Source: an uncultured Candidatus Saccharibacteria bacterium (lineage in GTDB: Bacteria; Patescibacteriota; Minisyncoccia; Phycocordibacterales; UBA9973). From it: 64,000 bases of DNA. Location: positions 18,407 through 82,406 of the forward strand of contig CAYHBR010000001.1 in the NCBI GenBank assembly GCA_964354985.1, written 5' to 3'. Each line of letters begins with the position of its first letter. The first letter of the stretch is position 1. The translations under genes and the position numbers were made by a program. The notes beneath the pieces were generated by a model. The model saw only the letters and a list, made by a program, of their open reading frames with translations, made no database searches and was not told the DNA's origin. Below are positions 48,482-58,119 of the stretch, in pieces.

Positions 48482-50323
48482 CTAAGATTTAGACTTGCGG
48501 AGACGGAACACGAACTCGTAGCCCGGAGAACACACAAAACCCTGCGACGCCCAACTGTAGTACAGCCACAAACCAACACCGTCGCGTCCGAGAAAGAAGA
48601 CGTACGAGTCACCGTCAGAGTCAGTAATTTGCTTCATTCCAATACGCACCCATTCATTGAGGGGTTGATCTTTGTATTTGAGGCGATAATTCGGACCAGT
48701 ATCGGGTGGACATAATTCTAAACCAAGCTTTTGCGCTCGCTCAAATATTTGGTCAGTTGTGGCATTTGTCTTGAATCCAAGATCGGCGACAGTGAGGCGG
48801 ATGAGGGTGGCTTCTTCTTGATTCTTCCCTGGAATAAAGTCCGGGTTTTTCATCATGGATTTTGCGTAATCAGAAATGTTGATTTTAGCAGTCTCCATTT
48901 CGGAAATGAGCTGTTCTGCTGTCTTTCCGCCGATCACAATGTTCTCTCTGCGGATTTTCTTGTCAGGAAAAGACGTGTACACATGCTCAAGATTTTCCGG
49001 CAATTTTTGAAAGATTCCTGGCTCAAGCTGGCCAACATAGGCTTTGGTATTTTCGTCTATTTCGCTAGGTACGTGGGCAATTTGATCTTTACTGCAATCA
49101 AAAATGACGAGCATGTCTGCCTCGGTATTTCTGCCTGCGCGAAGTTCGGCAATACGCGGGTCGGTCTGGTAACCGAAACCTTCGATTGAGGAGTTTATTT
49201 CATACAAGAATATCAAATCGTCTTTATTGAACGGCTCTTCCTGTTCACGCTTCTGGTCGAGAGCAGTAAGCATTTTCATGTCATTGCTTTTCTTTCGGTA
49301 CGCATCTGCTTCACCACCAAAATCCTGGAGTTTTGTATCAAGCGCTTCCTGCATAATTGGCTCTACTCCCTGGTGCGGCAGAACACCCCGAACTTCGCCG
49401 ATTCGGTTATCGCCATCCATGCGGATGGCAAGACGAGGCTGGGTCGGCTCACCATTTGAGTCGTTCGTATAGAAAACATAGAAGTCGCCATTTTCGATTT
49501 GCGCTTCAGCAGTTGCCTGACCGGCAGTACACCAACCAGTACCCTTACCATCGAGCGAATCATATAATTTTTCAGCGGCGCCGTCTTCGCCTTGTTCATA
49601 TTTTTTCCATTCACCTTTGACTTCCTCGCGGTTCTCCATTGAAGCGGCGAGAGATTTTGAAATGAGTTCGGCGTATAAGCTCGGAAACTTTTGAGAAAAG
49701 GCTTCGCGGATCTCGGGTTCTTTGAGATTTTTATTATCCTCCTTAACTTTAAGATAAATGTCGGCGATTTGCGCCAACGGCTCACGGTAGATATCGGGGT
49801 ATGGTGCAACAGTACTATCGGTACGCTTTTTGAACTCGCCACGCTCTTTGTCGAATTGGGAAAGTTTGGTGATATTTTTCCAAACAAAGTATTTGAACCA
49901 TGCAGGATACATGGCATCGTCTGAAGTAAGGTAGTCCATCCATGAATCAAGTGATGCACGTTGATCTTCAATGGCAACATTCATCATCTGCTCGCGGACA
50001 TTTTCTGGTATTTCCTCTACCGATTGTCCTCGTTCGCGGGCAATGCGTTTCTGCAACTCAAAATATGATTCAGGAAAATTCTCCTTCTTTATGATGAACG
50101 CATCATAGATTTTATCGCGAAACATTTCGAGATTGCGTTCGCGTTTCTTTTCGTCAGGGTTGAGAAAAACATTCTCCAAACGATCCATATAAGCCTCAAT
50201 ACGCTCGGAAGGATCGTTAGGCATTTTTTCGCCAGTGTGACGTTCTTCTCGTACAACGGCTCGATTTACCTCAGGAGAAGTTTGGAGTTCTGGGCTCTTA
50301 ATGTGGAGTGGATGCTTTTCCAT
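48482..50323 (-). CDS. DGR2 target protein (613 aa; large N-terminal region plus C-terminal variable domain)
   Basis: C-terminus encoded by VR; N-terminal region has GTGWCTAG..GDFYVFY..PRLAIRM..IGEVRG. Confidence 0.93.
   Translation of the reverse strand: MEKHPLHIKSPELQTSPEVNRAVVREERHTGEKMPNDPSERIEAYMDRLENVFLNPDEKKRERNLEMFRDKIYDAFIIKKENFPESYFELQKRIARERGQSVEEIPENVREQMMNVAIEDQRASLDSWMDYLTSDDAMYPAWFKYFVWKNITKLSQFDKERGEFKKRTDSTVAPYPDIYREPLAQIADIYLKVKEDNKNLKEPEIREAFSQKFPSLYAELISKSLAASMENREEVKGEWKKYEQGEDGAAEKLYDSLDGKGTGWCTAGQATAEAQIENGDFYVFYTNDSNGEPTQPRLAIRMDGDNRIGEVRGVLPHQGVEPIMQEALDTKLQDFGGEADAYRKKSNDMKMLTALDQKREQEEPFNKDDLIFLYEINSSIEGFGYQTDPRIAELRAGRNTEADMLVIFDCSKDQIAHVPSEIDENTKAYVGQLEPGIFQKLPENLEHVYTSFPDKKIRRENIVIGGKTAEQLISEMETAKINISDYAKSMMKNPDFIPGKNQEEATLIRLTVADLGFKTNATTDQIFERAQKLGLELCPPDTGPNYRLKYKDQPLNEWVRIGMKQITDSDGDSYVFFLGRDGVGLWLYYSWASQGFVCSPGYEFVFRLRKSKS
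48498..48626 (-). repeat. DGR2 variable repeat (VR)
   Basis: 12 A>T, 7 A>G, 2 A>C and 1 G>T relative to TR. Confidence 0.96.
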
Positions 50324-50378
50324 ATATGGTTCGTATTTTAGCAGATTTAGATGATAAAACGAAAATTTGGATCATGAT

Positions 50379-52415
50379 TTATCTCACCTCCCAACCTTTC
50401 ACTTTCAGCGCTTCAGTCACCTTTTGCATTATCGGCTCTATCTCAGCGTCGGTCAGCGTTTTATCGTTCGATTGAAAAACCGTTCGGAAAGCCACGCTCG
50501 TTTTTCCGTCTTTTGTAAATGTATCGAAAAGTCTCGGACCAGCCACGACAAGCTCGCCGGCATTTTCGCGGATAGTTGTAGCGACAGTTTCGGGGTCAGT
50601 CCCCTCGTTCACCCAAAGAGCAATGTCGCGAACAATGAAAGGATACGACGACCACATTTTGAATTGCCTTACAGTTCCACTTTTTCCATATTTTTTATTT
50701 ATGCCATTTATTGTTTTTTCAATTATGTTATTTTTCGGAAAAATATATTCGGTCGCTGAATGCTCTTTGGTTCCTTCTTCGAGTGTGCATTCTTGCACGC
50801 CTTTTTTGTCAGCCCAGGCAACATGGATTTCTTCGCCCTCGGTACTATCTTTTGGAAAAACCGTCCCGATTTCGAAAAGTTTAATTTCATCCATCTCAAG
50901 TAGTGCGGAATTTTTAACATTAAGGTCATAGGCTTCTTTGAGACCGTCGCTGAGGTTTGTGCGAAGCGCTGATTTATCTTTGGCAGCATAAGCAACTTCT
51001 ATTTCACCTTTCTTGCGGAATGCGTAGGTGAGCACTTCGGAAAAACCAGTCTCAAGAAAATGCGCGCGGGTCATCATTATTTTTGCACTTGTGTCGTTGA
51101 GTTTTGGTGAGAAAACGGCCATGCTTTGACCTACAGAGTTTTCTGTCGCACGCGTAATATCTGGCAAAATGCCGGCGATTTTTTCATAACCATAAACACG
51201 ACCGATTTCATCGGCGATATCGTGCGGACCAGTGAGGTCAGGGCGATTGGAAGGAACTGTTAGCACGAAAGAATTTTTTTTATTTGCATCATTCACGACA
51301 TTTTCATTATTTACTCCGTTGTTACCGCCACGCGTATATATATAACTATACTGTTTCAAAATCTTTTCGGTTTCATCTCCAGAAATATTCGCGCCGAGCA
51401 ATTTATTTATTTCAAAAACAGAAAATGAAACTGTTTTCGGTGAAGCCTGCAAAGATGGCGCTGGATAAACATCAACAATTTCTTCGAAAACTGCGTCGGG
51501 ACACATTTCCAAAATAATTGACGAGAGTTCGAGCATGGCATACGGCGCAAGCTCTGGTGTGAGGTCATTTTCAAAACGCTTTGCGGCATCAGTAAGTAGA
51601 CCAAGCCTGCGTGCAGTTTTGCGAACGGTGACGGGCTCAAAATTGGCGACTTCCAAAACGATGTCTGTGGTGTTTGCATCAACCTCAGCTTTTGTGCCAC
51701 CTTTGACACCAGCGATAGCGAGCACGGCATTGCCACTATCACGCGGACCACTCGTTATCACGAGCTCGTCGTTTTTGAGTGTCGTATATGCATCACTACC
51801 GAGAAGAGTCACGCCTTCGACTGGGTGAATAATATTTCTAGCTACTATTTTTTGTGAGCCATCTGATTCGGTTTCAATTTTCCGTGTATCAAAAGCATGT
51901 GTCGGCTGACCAGTATTGAAAAGCACGAGGTTTGTGGCATCGACAATGTTGTTGATCGAGCGCTGGCCGATTGATTCGAGATGCGTGACAACCCAAGCTG
52001 GCGATGGACCGATTTTTATATTGCGAACAATGCGTCCCATATAGCGACGAGCTCGATCGTCTTCTATTTCAACAACGAGTTTCGTCGCGACTGATTCGGG
52101 AACTTTATAGTGCGGAGTCGGATCGTTATATGGAATATTGAGCAAACCAGAAAGTTCGCGCGCGACACCCATGTGCGAAAGCAAGTCGTGTGCACGGTCT
52201 GGCAAAACTTTCAAATCGAAAATCCAATCCTTTTGCATTTTTGTTTCGCCGTTTTTGGTGCCGTTTTTGGTGCCGTTTTTTTCATCTGAAATCTTTTGCT
52301 CGATCTCGTCGATCGATTCTATTTCGCAAACATGAAAAGTAAAAACCTCCGCCAATTTTTCGGGAGCCGGAATTTCGGGAACATACCATTTGAGCCAGTT
52401 GTAGGAGATTTTCAT
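50379..52415 (-). CDS. pheT: Phenylalanyl-tRNA synthetase beta subunit (reduced)
   Basis: MKISYNWL, PDRAHDLLSHMGVARE, SINNIVDATN, RPDL...DEIGRVYGY, C-terminal FDX-ACB domain (RDIA, KSVAF-like, TLTD). Confidence 0.95.
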   Translation of the reverse strand: MKISYNWLKWYVPEIPAPEKLAEVFTFHVCEIESIDEIEQKISDEKNGTKNGTKNGETKMQKDWIFDLKVLPDRAHDLLSHMGVARELSGLLNIPYNDPTPHYKVPESVATKLVVEIEDDRARRYMGRIVRNIKIGPSPAWVVTHLESIGQRSINNIVDATNLVLFNTGQPTHAFDTRKIETESDGSQKIVARNIIHPVEGVTLLGSDAYTTLKNDELVITSGPRDSGNAVLAIAGVKGGTKAEVDANTTDIVLEVANFEPVTVRKTARRLGLLTDAAKRFENDLTPELAPYAMLELSSIILEMCPDAVFEEIVDVYPAPSLQASPKTVSFSVFEINKLLGANISGDETEKILKQYSYIYTRGGNNGVNNENVVNDANKKNSFVLTVPSNRPDLTGPHDIADEIGRVYGYEKIAGILPDITRATENSVGQSMAVFSPKLNDTSAKIMMTRAHFLETGFSEVLTYAFRKKGEIEVAYAAKDKSALRTNLSDGLKEAYDLNVKNSALLEMDEIKLFEIGTVFPKDSTEGEEIHVAWADKKGVQECTLEEGTKEHSATEYIFPKNNIIEKTINGINKKYGKSGTVRQFKMWSSYPFIVRDIALWVNEGTDPETVATTIRENAGELVVAGPRLFDTFTKDGKTSVAFRTVFQSNDKTLTDAEIEPIMQKVTEALKVKGWEVR

Positions 52416-52428
52416 AATATATATAAAA

Positions 52429-53154
52429 TTAAATTTGATTGAAGCGAAGGTCCCCATGATACGCCGGTCTTATATCTGGCATGCTGTAGCGGATTTTCAT
52501 CAAGCGGTCGGCGCCCATACCAAAAGCAAAACCCTGCCATTCTTTCGGGTCGATCCCGGCCGATTCCAAAACTTTCGGATGAAACATACCAGCGCCGAGA
52601 ACTTCGAGCCACTTGTCGCCGACTTTGACATCGACTTCAACACCGGGCTCGACAAACGGAAAAAACGACGGACGCAAACGAACTTCGGTAGCGTCGCCAA
52701 AAAATTGTTTCATAAAATGATCGAGCACACCCTTGAGATTTGCGAGAGTGATATCTTTGCCGATCATGACGCCGTCGATCTGATAAAACTGTGTTTCGTG
52801 TGTCGCGTCTGTGGCTTCGTTGCGGAAAACTTTGCCAAAAGAAACAAAAGCACATGGCAAGCGACCTTCTTCGGCAGCGCGTTTGATCGAGCGAAGTGAA
52901 GTGTTGGTATTGTGTGTACGCATGACGAAACCGGGTTTGTCTTTAATGTGATATGTGTCCTGCATGTCGCGAGCGGGATGGTCTTTGGGAACATTGAGCG
53001 CATCAAAGTTGAACCATTCACTTTCGAGTTCAGGCCCATTGGCAGTTTCAAAACCGAGATCGTTTAAAATACGTACGGCTTCAAAACCCGTGTGCATAAG
53101 CGGGTGTTCGCGACCAAGGATTTGGGGGGTATTTTTATTATTCTGATCTGCCAT
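52429..53154 (-). CDS. pheS: Phenylalanyl-tRNA synthetase alpha subunit (catalytic core only)
   Basis: NFDALNVPKDHPARDMQDT, FRNE, FPFVEP, GFAFGMG. Confidence 0.96.
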   Translation of the reverse strand: MADQNNKNTPQILGREHPLMHTGFEAVRILNDLGFETANGPELESEWFNFDALNVPKDHPARDMQDTYHIKDKPGFVMRTHNTNTSLRSIKRAAEEGRLPCAFVSFGKVFRNEATDATHETQFYQIDGVMIGKDITLANLKGVLDHFMKQFFGDATEVRLRPSFFPFVEPGVEVDVKVGDKWLEVLGAGMFHPKVLESAGIDPKEWQGFAFGMGADRLMKIRYSMPDIRPAYHGDLRFNQI

Positions 53155-53217
53155 ATATAGAGCCCATTATACACGATTGGGCTTGGTTATAAAGGTCGGC
53201 GAGACTATAATATAGCC

Positions 53218-53304
53218 ATGAAAAAATGGCTATTTATTTTTGCTATCGCGCTCCTTATTTTGGGTTTGTATTTGGGCTGGCTAGATAATGGTCCGAGGTG
53301 GTAA
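53218..53304 (+). CDS. 28-aa single-TM microprotein
   Basis: MKKWLFIFAIALLILGLYLGWLDNGPRW; TATAAT at 53206-53211, 6 nt before the ATG. Confidence 0.55.
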   Translation: MKKWLFIFAIALLILGLYLGWLDNGPRW

Positions 53305-53321
53305 AATATAATTTTTAATAA

Positions 53322-56300
53322 CTATTTATACATCTCTGCAATCTTGCAGTATGGGCACTCTTTTTCTTTGCCACCATAACCCTTCCAGTTGCAGGGACGC
53401 TCCGTCCAAGTTCCATCTTTCATCGACAAATCATAGTCTTTGATGTCTTTTACTAAAAGAGAAATTTGTTCTTCGTTGATAGCCGTCTGATAAATCATTT
53501 TCTTAGCATCAATTTCTTCCACATAACACAAACGAGAAAGTTCGACTTTTTGATTCCCTGCTTTGTTTTTTCCATTGATATTATTTTCGATTAAGTATGA
53601 ATACATGGCAAGTTGTCTCATATAATCAGACAAACGACCTTCGTCATCAAGCCTTTCGACATCTTTCGCTGTCCGAGTTTTGCCAGTTTTAAAGTCTGTC
53701 ACGCGGAGCGCTTCACTGCTATCACTTTCTATCAAGTCAATCTTGCCAGTAATTATTAAGTCCGGAGCTTCTGGATCTCTGTATGAAAAAGATTTTTCAC
53801 TCTCGCGCATTTCCCATAAGTCAGGCAATTGATTTTCAACAAATCTAACAACAGCGCTGTTGGCTTCTTTAGAAAATCTTGAGATTGTATTCATATCAAC
53901 AATATTGCATTTGTCGATTGCTGATTTTACAGCTTCCAATATCTCATTTTTTGAAGGAGTATTTTCATTTTTTATTATTTGCTCAATCGCCCCATGAACA
54001 ATACTGCCAAATTGCAGACTCTCCGACTGGGGTTCAGGTATTTGTAAAAAAGATTTGAAATACCATTTCCACGGGCAATCATAGAAAGTATTAAGAAGAG
54101 TGACTGAAACTTTTTTACTTGAGTATTCGAGGGCAACAAGTTCTTGAAGCTCTTTTTTGGAAAGTGGTTTATCTTCCGTTTTTGATGTATTCACGAAAAG
54201 GAGTGGGTCATTTTCCAAAATTTCATTTTCTGTTTTGACGCTATTCCGGAAATCAAAAGTGCCGTCAGGCAATGCTTCGAGGATTGATGCTATTTTTTCT
54301 GGTGAACCACTGTGAGACAAAAGTGAATATGAGATAGTGCAAAACTTTTTCGCGCGAGTGATAGCAACATAGAGTTCGCGTTTTGCGACCGACTCATCTT
54401 TCTTTTCGATTTTACTAGAAAGGGATTCTGGCAAACTAAAACCTGACTTATTTGAGCCCATTAAAGAACGCTCACCTATATGGGCCACCCAAACCACTTC
54501 AAATTCTAGTCCTTTCGAGCCATGTAAAGTCATAACCTGTATTCCGTCATTTGAACCGAAAATAGCAAGTGGAATATTTTCGCCGTACTCTTCAAGACGA
54601 GAAACGTACTGCAGGAAATCAGAGAGACTAGCTTTCGGGTTTCTTTCTATTAGAGTTAGCGCCAGATGCAACATTGAGCGAATGATCTCTATACGTTTGA
54701 TGTAAACTTCGTGAGACGACACACTGTCAGTAAAAAAATCGCTTCCGATAGTTTGAATAATATTGTAAATACTTTTTTCTTTTGTCTCTAATATTATGTT
54801 TTCTATTTTTTTGCCAAAGAAAGAAGTGTCTTCATTTTGAAGCAAACTGTTTAGCGAAATTTTATAGGAATTTGTATCATAAAGAAAACGATGAGCAAGA
54901 ATAGGATTTATGTTTGAGATAGGATCGAGTACCAATTCCGCAACTGAAGTATTGTCGTAAGGATTATTTACTACTTTTAATATCTTTAAAAAAGTACCGA
55001 CTTCTGGAATATCAAAAAGTCGAAGTGATTGGTTTGAAGAGACAGGTAAACCCATATCGCGTAAAATAGTAATCGCATTTCTGACTTGTGCATTTTTAGG
55101 AACAAGCAAAGCGCATTCTTTAGCCGGAACCCCGCTGGCTATTTTTTCTTTAAATAATAGCCCCGCATTAATAATTTCATCACGCGGATATTTTGTCTCA
55201 ACAAGCGAAATCGGATGACTAAAAGCATCGTGTGATTCGAGCTTTCCGATTGAAAGAGAACTCGACAAGAGTGCGTCTGCCACATCGAGAATGTTTTGAG
55301 TTGAACGATAGTTTTCTATAAGCGTGATTACTTTTGTGCCGATAAAAGTTTCGACAAACTCCTTGAAATGAGAAAGCTTGGCCCCGCCAAAACCATAGAT
55401 AAGTTGCCTATCATCCCCAACAACAAAAATATTGGCTTGCTCTACTCCGCCCCAAACAAGTTTTAGAAATTCATTTTGAATACCTGATGAATCTTGGTGT
55501 TCATCCACCAAAACATAAAGGTAACGCTCACGGAGTGATGCGACGGCATCCTGCGACTCGCCGACAATTTTTATTAGAAAAGAAAGAATGTCGTCATAGT
55601 CCATAACATTTTTTTCACGCTTTTCTTGCTCGTAAAGTTCATAAAACTTCACCACCTCACGGGTACGAGCAAGACTATCCAGTCTGTTTTGTATTTCTTT
55701 TTTTATCTGGCCCTTTGTTTCACCGCGAGAAGAAAGACTGCTTGGATCGTCCGAAATAGTCGCAATTTCTTTTTCTATTTCAATTAAAAAATTTTCGGGC
55801 GACATCCCCTCTCTTCTCAAAAGTGAAATCAACGACTTTAGGTCGTGATAATACATTGAGCTGTTTCCGCGAGGTCTAAGATATTCCCAATCATTAGTAT
55901 TTAAAATATGATCGAAAAGTGAAATAGTTTCAGAGTCTTCGAGAGTTGTCGGCGCTTTCTGTAAACCAATATGAGCATAGAATTCTTCTATTATTTTTGT
56001 ACCAAAAGAGTGATAAGTATTTATCTCTACCTTACTCGAATCCGCGCCAATATATTTACGCAACCTCTGGCGCATTGCCTCAACGCCGGACTTTGTGAAA
56101 GTAAGGCAAAGGATTCCGTCGGCAGGAGCAAGGTTATTGTTTATTATGTTAGCTATTCGGAGAGACAGGATTTGAGTTTTCCCTGTGCCGGGTCCCGCGA
56201 TAACCATAACCGGCCCCTCGGTCGTGCCTGCAGCCTTCTTTTGGGCAACATTGAGCTTGTCATAGGCCTCTATAAAGTTTTTTCTGTAAGCATCTTGCAT
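53322..56300 (-). CDS. UvrD/PcrA-family helicase with C-terminal PD-(D/E)xK nuclease domain
   Basis: AGPGTGKT, VDEHQD, VGDDRQ, ENYRS, TLHGSKGLEF, YVAITRAK; C-terminal GKIDL..TDFKTG..QL.MY and terminal Cys cluster. Confidence 0.93.
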   Translation of the reverse strand: MQDAYRKNFIEAYDKLNVAQKKAAGTTEGPVMVIAGPGTGKTQILSLRIANIINNNLAPADGILCLTFTKSGVEAMRQRLRKYIGADSSKVEINTYHSFGTKIIEEFYAHIGLQKAPTTLEDSETISLFDHILNTNDWEYLRPRGNSSMYYHDLKSLISLLRREGMSPENFLIEIEKEIATISDDPSSLSSRGETKGQIKKEIQNRLDSLARTREVVKFYELYEQEKREKNVMDYDDILSFLIKIVGESQDAVASLRERYLYVLVDEHQDSSGIQNEFLKLVWGGVEQANIFVVGDDRQLIYGFGGAKLSHFKEFVETFIGTKVITLIENYRSTQNILDVADALLSSSLSIGKLESHDAFSHPISLVETKYPRDEIINAGLLFKEKIASGVPAKECALLVPKNAQVRNAITILRDMGLPVSSNQSLRLFDIPEVGTFLKILKVVNNPYDNTSVAELVLDPISNINPILAHRFLYDTNSYKISLNSLLQNEDTSFFGKKIENIILETKEKSIYNIIQTIGSDFFTDSVSSHEVYIKRIEIIRSMLHLALTLIERNPKASLSDFLQYVSRLEEYGENIPLAIFGSNDGIQVMTLHGSKGLEFEVVWVAHIGERSLMGSNKSGFSLPESLSSKIEKKDESVAKRELYVAITRAKKFCTISYSLLSHSGSPEKIASILEALPDGTFDFRNSVKTENEILENDPLLFVNTSKTEDKPLSKKELQELVALEYSSKKVSVTLLNTFYDCPWKWYFKSFLQIPEPQSESLQFGSIVHGAIEQIIKNENTPSKNEILEAVKSAIDKCNIVDMNTISRFSKEANSAVVRFVENQLPDLWEMRESEKSFSYRDPEAPDLIITGKIDLIESDSSEALRVTDFKTGKTRTAKDVERLDDEGRLSDYMRQLAMYSYLIENNINGKNKAGNQKVELSRLCYVEEIDAKKMIYQTAINEEQISLLVKDIKDYDLSMKDGTWTERPCNWKGYGGKEKECPYCKIAEMYK

Positions 56301-56437
56301 TTGAGCATTATAGCGTACTTGGATTTTAGACACTATTTATAACCACCAAAGCAAGGTTTTTTATAACAGAATCGCGTTATTTGACAATAATAAATACAGG
56401 TGTATAATGTGGGCTCATTCTTTAAAAAACTAAAAAC

Positions 56438-56779
56438 ATGAAAGTTAAGAAGATCAACACCGCCCTAGCAAATTTCTTTAAAAATTTTAATGGTGGTTTA
56501 TCAAAACCATCGATTGAAGAAATCCGAGTTGAAATCAGAAATTATATCGATGACCGAAAAGCCGGTGCAACAGTTGCCCTACTCGAGTCGATAAAATCTG
56601 CGGGTTCAACACCCAAAAAGGTGGGAGAAATTTATGCCGAACAAGTTCTCGAAAAAGAACTTGCGGAAAAAAAATTAAACAAACACGAGTATGAAAAAAA
56701 ATTCACTAAACTTTCAAAAGAGTTTTGTGAACTGATAACTACTGCCGACATGGCTTGGCGAAGTTTTAGTCGGAATTAA
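56438..56779 (+). CDS. Hypothetical protein
   Basis: 113-aa ORF preceded by TTGACA-N16-TATAAT and followed by a hairpin. Confidence 0.7.
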   Translation: MKVKKINTALANFFKNFNGGLSKPSIEEIRVEIRNYIDDRKAGATVALLESIKSAGSTPKKVGEIYAEQVLEKELAEKKLNKHEYEKKFTKLSKEFCELITTADMAWRSFSRN

Positions 56780-56799
56780 AAAAAATTAAATATATCCAC

Positions 56800-56828
56800 A
56801 AATCCCCAGCACAAGCCGGGGATTTTTT
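56800..56828 (+). terminator. Intrinsic terminator
   Basis: aaatcccc...ggggattt stem followed by a T run. Confidence 0.6.
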
Positions 56829-56878
56829 ATTTTATATTTTGCTTATAAATTATTCGGAAAATTTGTGCGGAATCAAAA

Positions 56879-57979
56879 CTACTTTGCAATAGTATTTTCA
56901 AAAGCCTTTAATATACCTAGTACAATATTTGCTTGGTCGGATTTTGAAAGTTTTTCACCCTTTGAGAGAGTTGCATTTTCTAGGATAGTTTCTGGTGTAA
57001 CTTTTCCACCAGTTGCGCTGGAAATAAATTTATACCAAGGATATTTTACACTTGCTGTACCGTCAGCATTTACAACAGCATGAACATTCATTTTTACAGG
57101 AAGCAATCCGAAAAGTTTACCTTTTTGCTTATAGACAGCTTCTGTCCTGCTTCCATCAGTCACGACACTTTTAACATTTACATCACCAGCAATAGCTAGA
57201 GTAATAAATGACTTGAGTGAATCTTCGCTTTTAACGGTTGTGACAACAGGAAGCTCTTTACCCTTATCTTCTTCTTTAACATCGTTTTGAGTAATCGTTA
57301 TTGGAACACCAATAGATGCAGCCACTCCCGCAATTGCATCTTTTACACTTGTTCCATTTTTTAAACACTCAGCAGATTTATCAAGAAAATTGCGGATTTT
57401 TTCATCACGAACTTTGTTTACTCCGCCATCTCTGTATTCGGACATAAGATCAAGATATGAACCACGGATAGCGGCCTTGTCACTTGAAGTTGTATCTCCG
57501 TCATCTGAAATAGAACTTGAAATCTCGTCGTAAGAATCTTTTAGTGAGTTGTACTCTTCGGCTTCATCATCGGAAGCATTTTTTGAGGCATCAAGTTTAA
57601 TATTTTTTGAGTAACTATCAGATCTCCAAGCAAGACTAGCTTTCTCTTCTGGTGAAAGAGTTGCGACTGCTCCAGAAATCTTACTGCAGAAATCGGCATC
57701 ACTTACGCCCTCCATTTTTTTAATAAGTGAGTCCACCGCAGAGCTAAGGCCTGCGTTAGTACCAGCAACCACCGTATCGGTGGAACTAGAATCATCGCTA
57801 CTATCTTCTGAGCTATCTTCTAGGTCATTTTCTGAATCGTTTTCTGATTCTGATGAACTTGAGCTTAAGTTCCCTCCTGTAATAACTGAATCATCGAGAC
57901 CTCCGTCTTTTGCAAAAATAAAACTAGGGATACCTACCAAGAGTGACAGCACGCTGATTGTGAGTAAGAATTTTCGCAT
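56879..57979 (-). CDS. Hypothetical secreted Ser/Asp-rich protein
   Basis: Signal peptide, acidic low-complexity linker, GKLFGLLPV...PWY C-terminal motif. Confidence 0.8.
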   Translation of the reverse strand: MRKFLLTISVLSLLVGIPSFIFAKDGGLDDSVITGGNLSSSSSESENDSENDLEDSSEDSSDDSSSTDTVVAGTNAGLSSAVDSLIKKMEGVSDADFCSKISGAVATLSPEEKASLAWRSDSYSKNIKLDASKNASDDEAEEYNSLKDSYDEISSSISDDGDTTSSDKAAIRGSYLDLMSEYRDGGVNKVRDEKIRNFLDKSAECLKNGTSVKDAIAGVAASIGVPITITQNDVKEEDKGKELPVVTTVKSEDSLKSFITLAIAGDVNVKSVVTDGSRTEAVYKQKGKLFGLLPVKMNVHAVVNADGTASVKYPWYKFISSATGGKVTPETILENATLSKGEKLSKSDQANIVLGILKAFENTIAK

Positions 57980-58085
57980 ATTTTTAATCATTATTATTTA
58001 TTAATAGGCCTACTGGCCACTATGTTTAATTATATCAAAGATTGACTTATGTCTATAATTTGGGAAAATCGTGTTTTTTTCATCT

Positions 58086-58115
58086 AAAGCCCCGCCTGTT
58101 TACAGGCGGGGCTTT
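58086..58115. terminator. Intrinsic terminator hairpin
   Basis: aaagccccgcctgt-tt-acaggcggggcttt perfect inverted repeat. Confidence 0.75.
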
Positions 58116-58119
58116 GTGT

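Larger units (their letters stand above)
46524..50323 (-). mobile_element. Diversity-generating retroelement 2 (target/VR - TR - antisense avd - RT)
   Basis: DGR-type RT, Avd and a 129-bp TR/VR pair with 21 of 22 mismatches at TR adenines. Confidence 0.96.
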
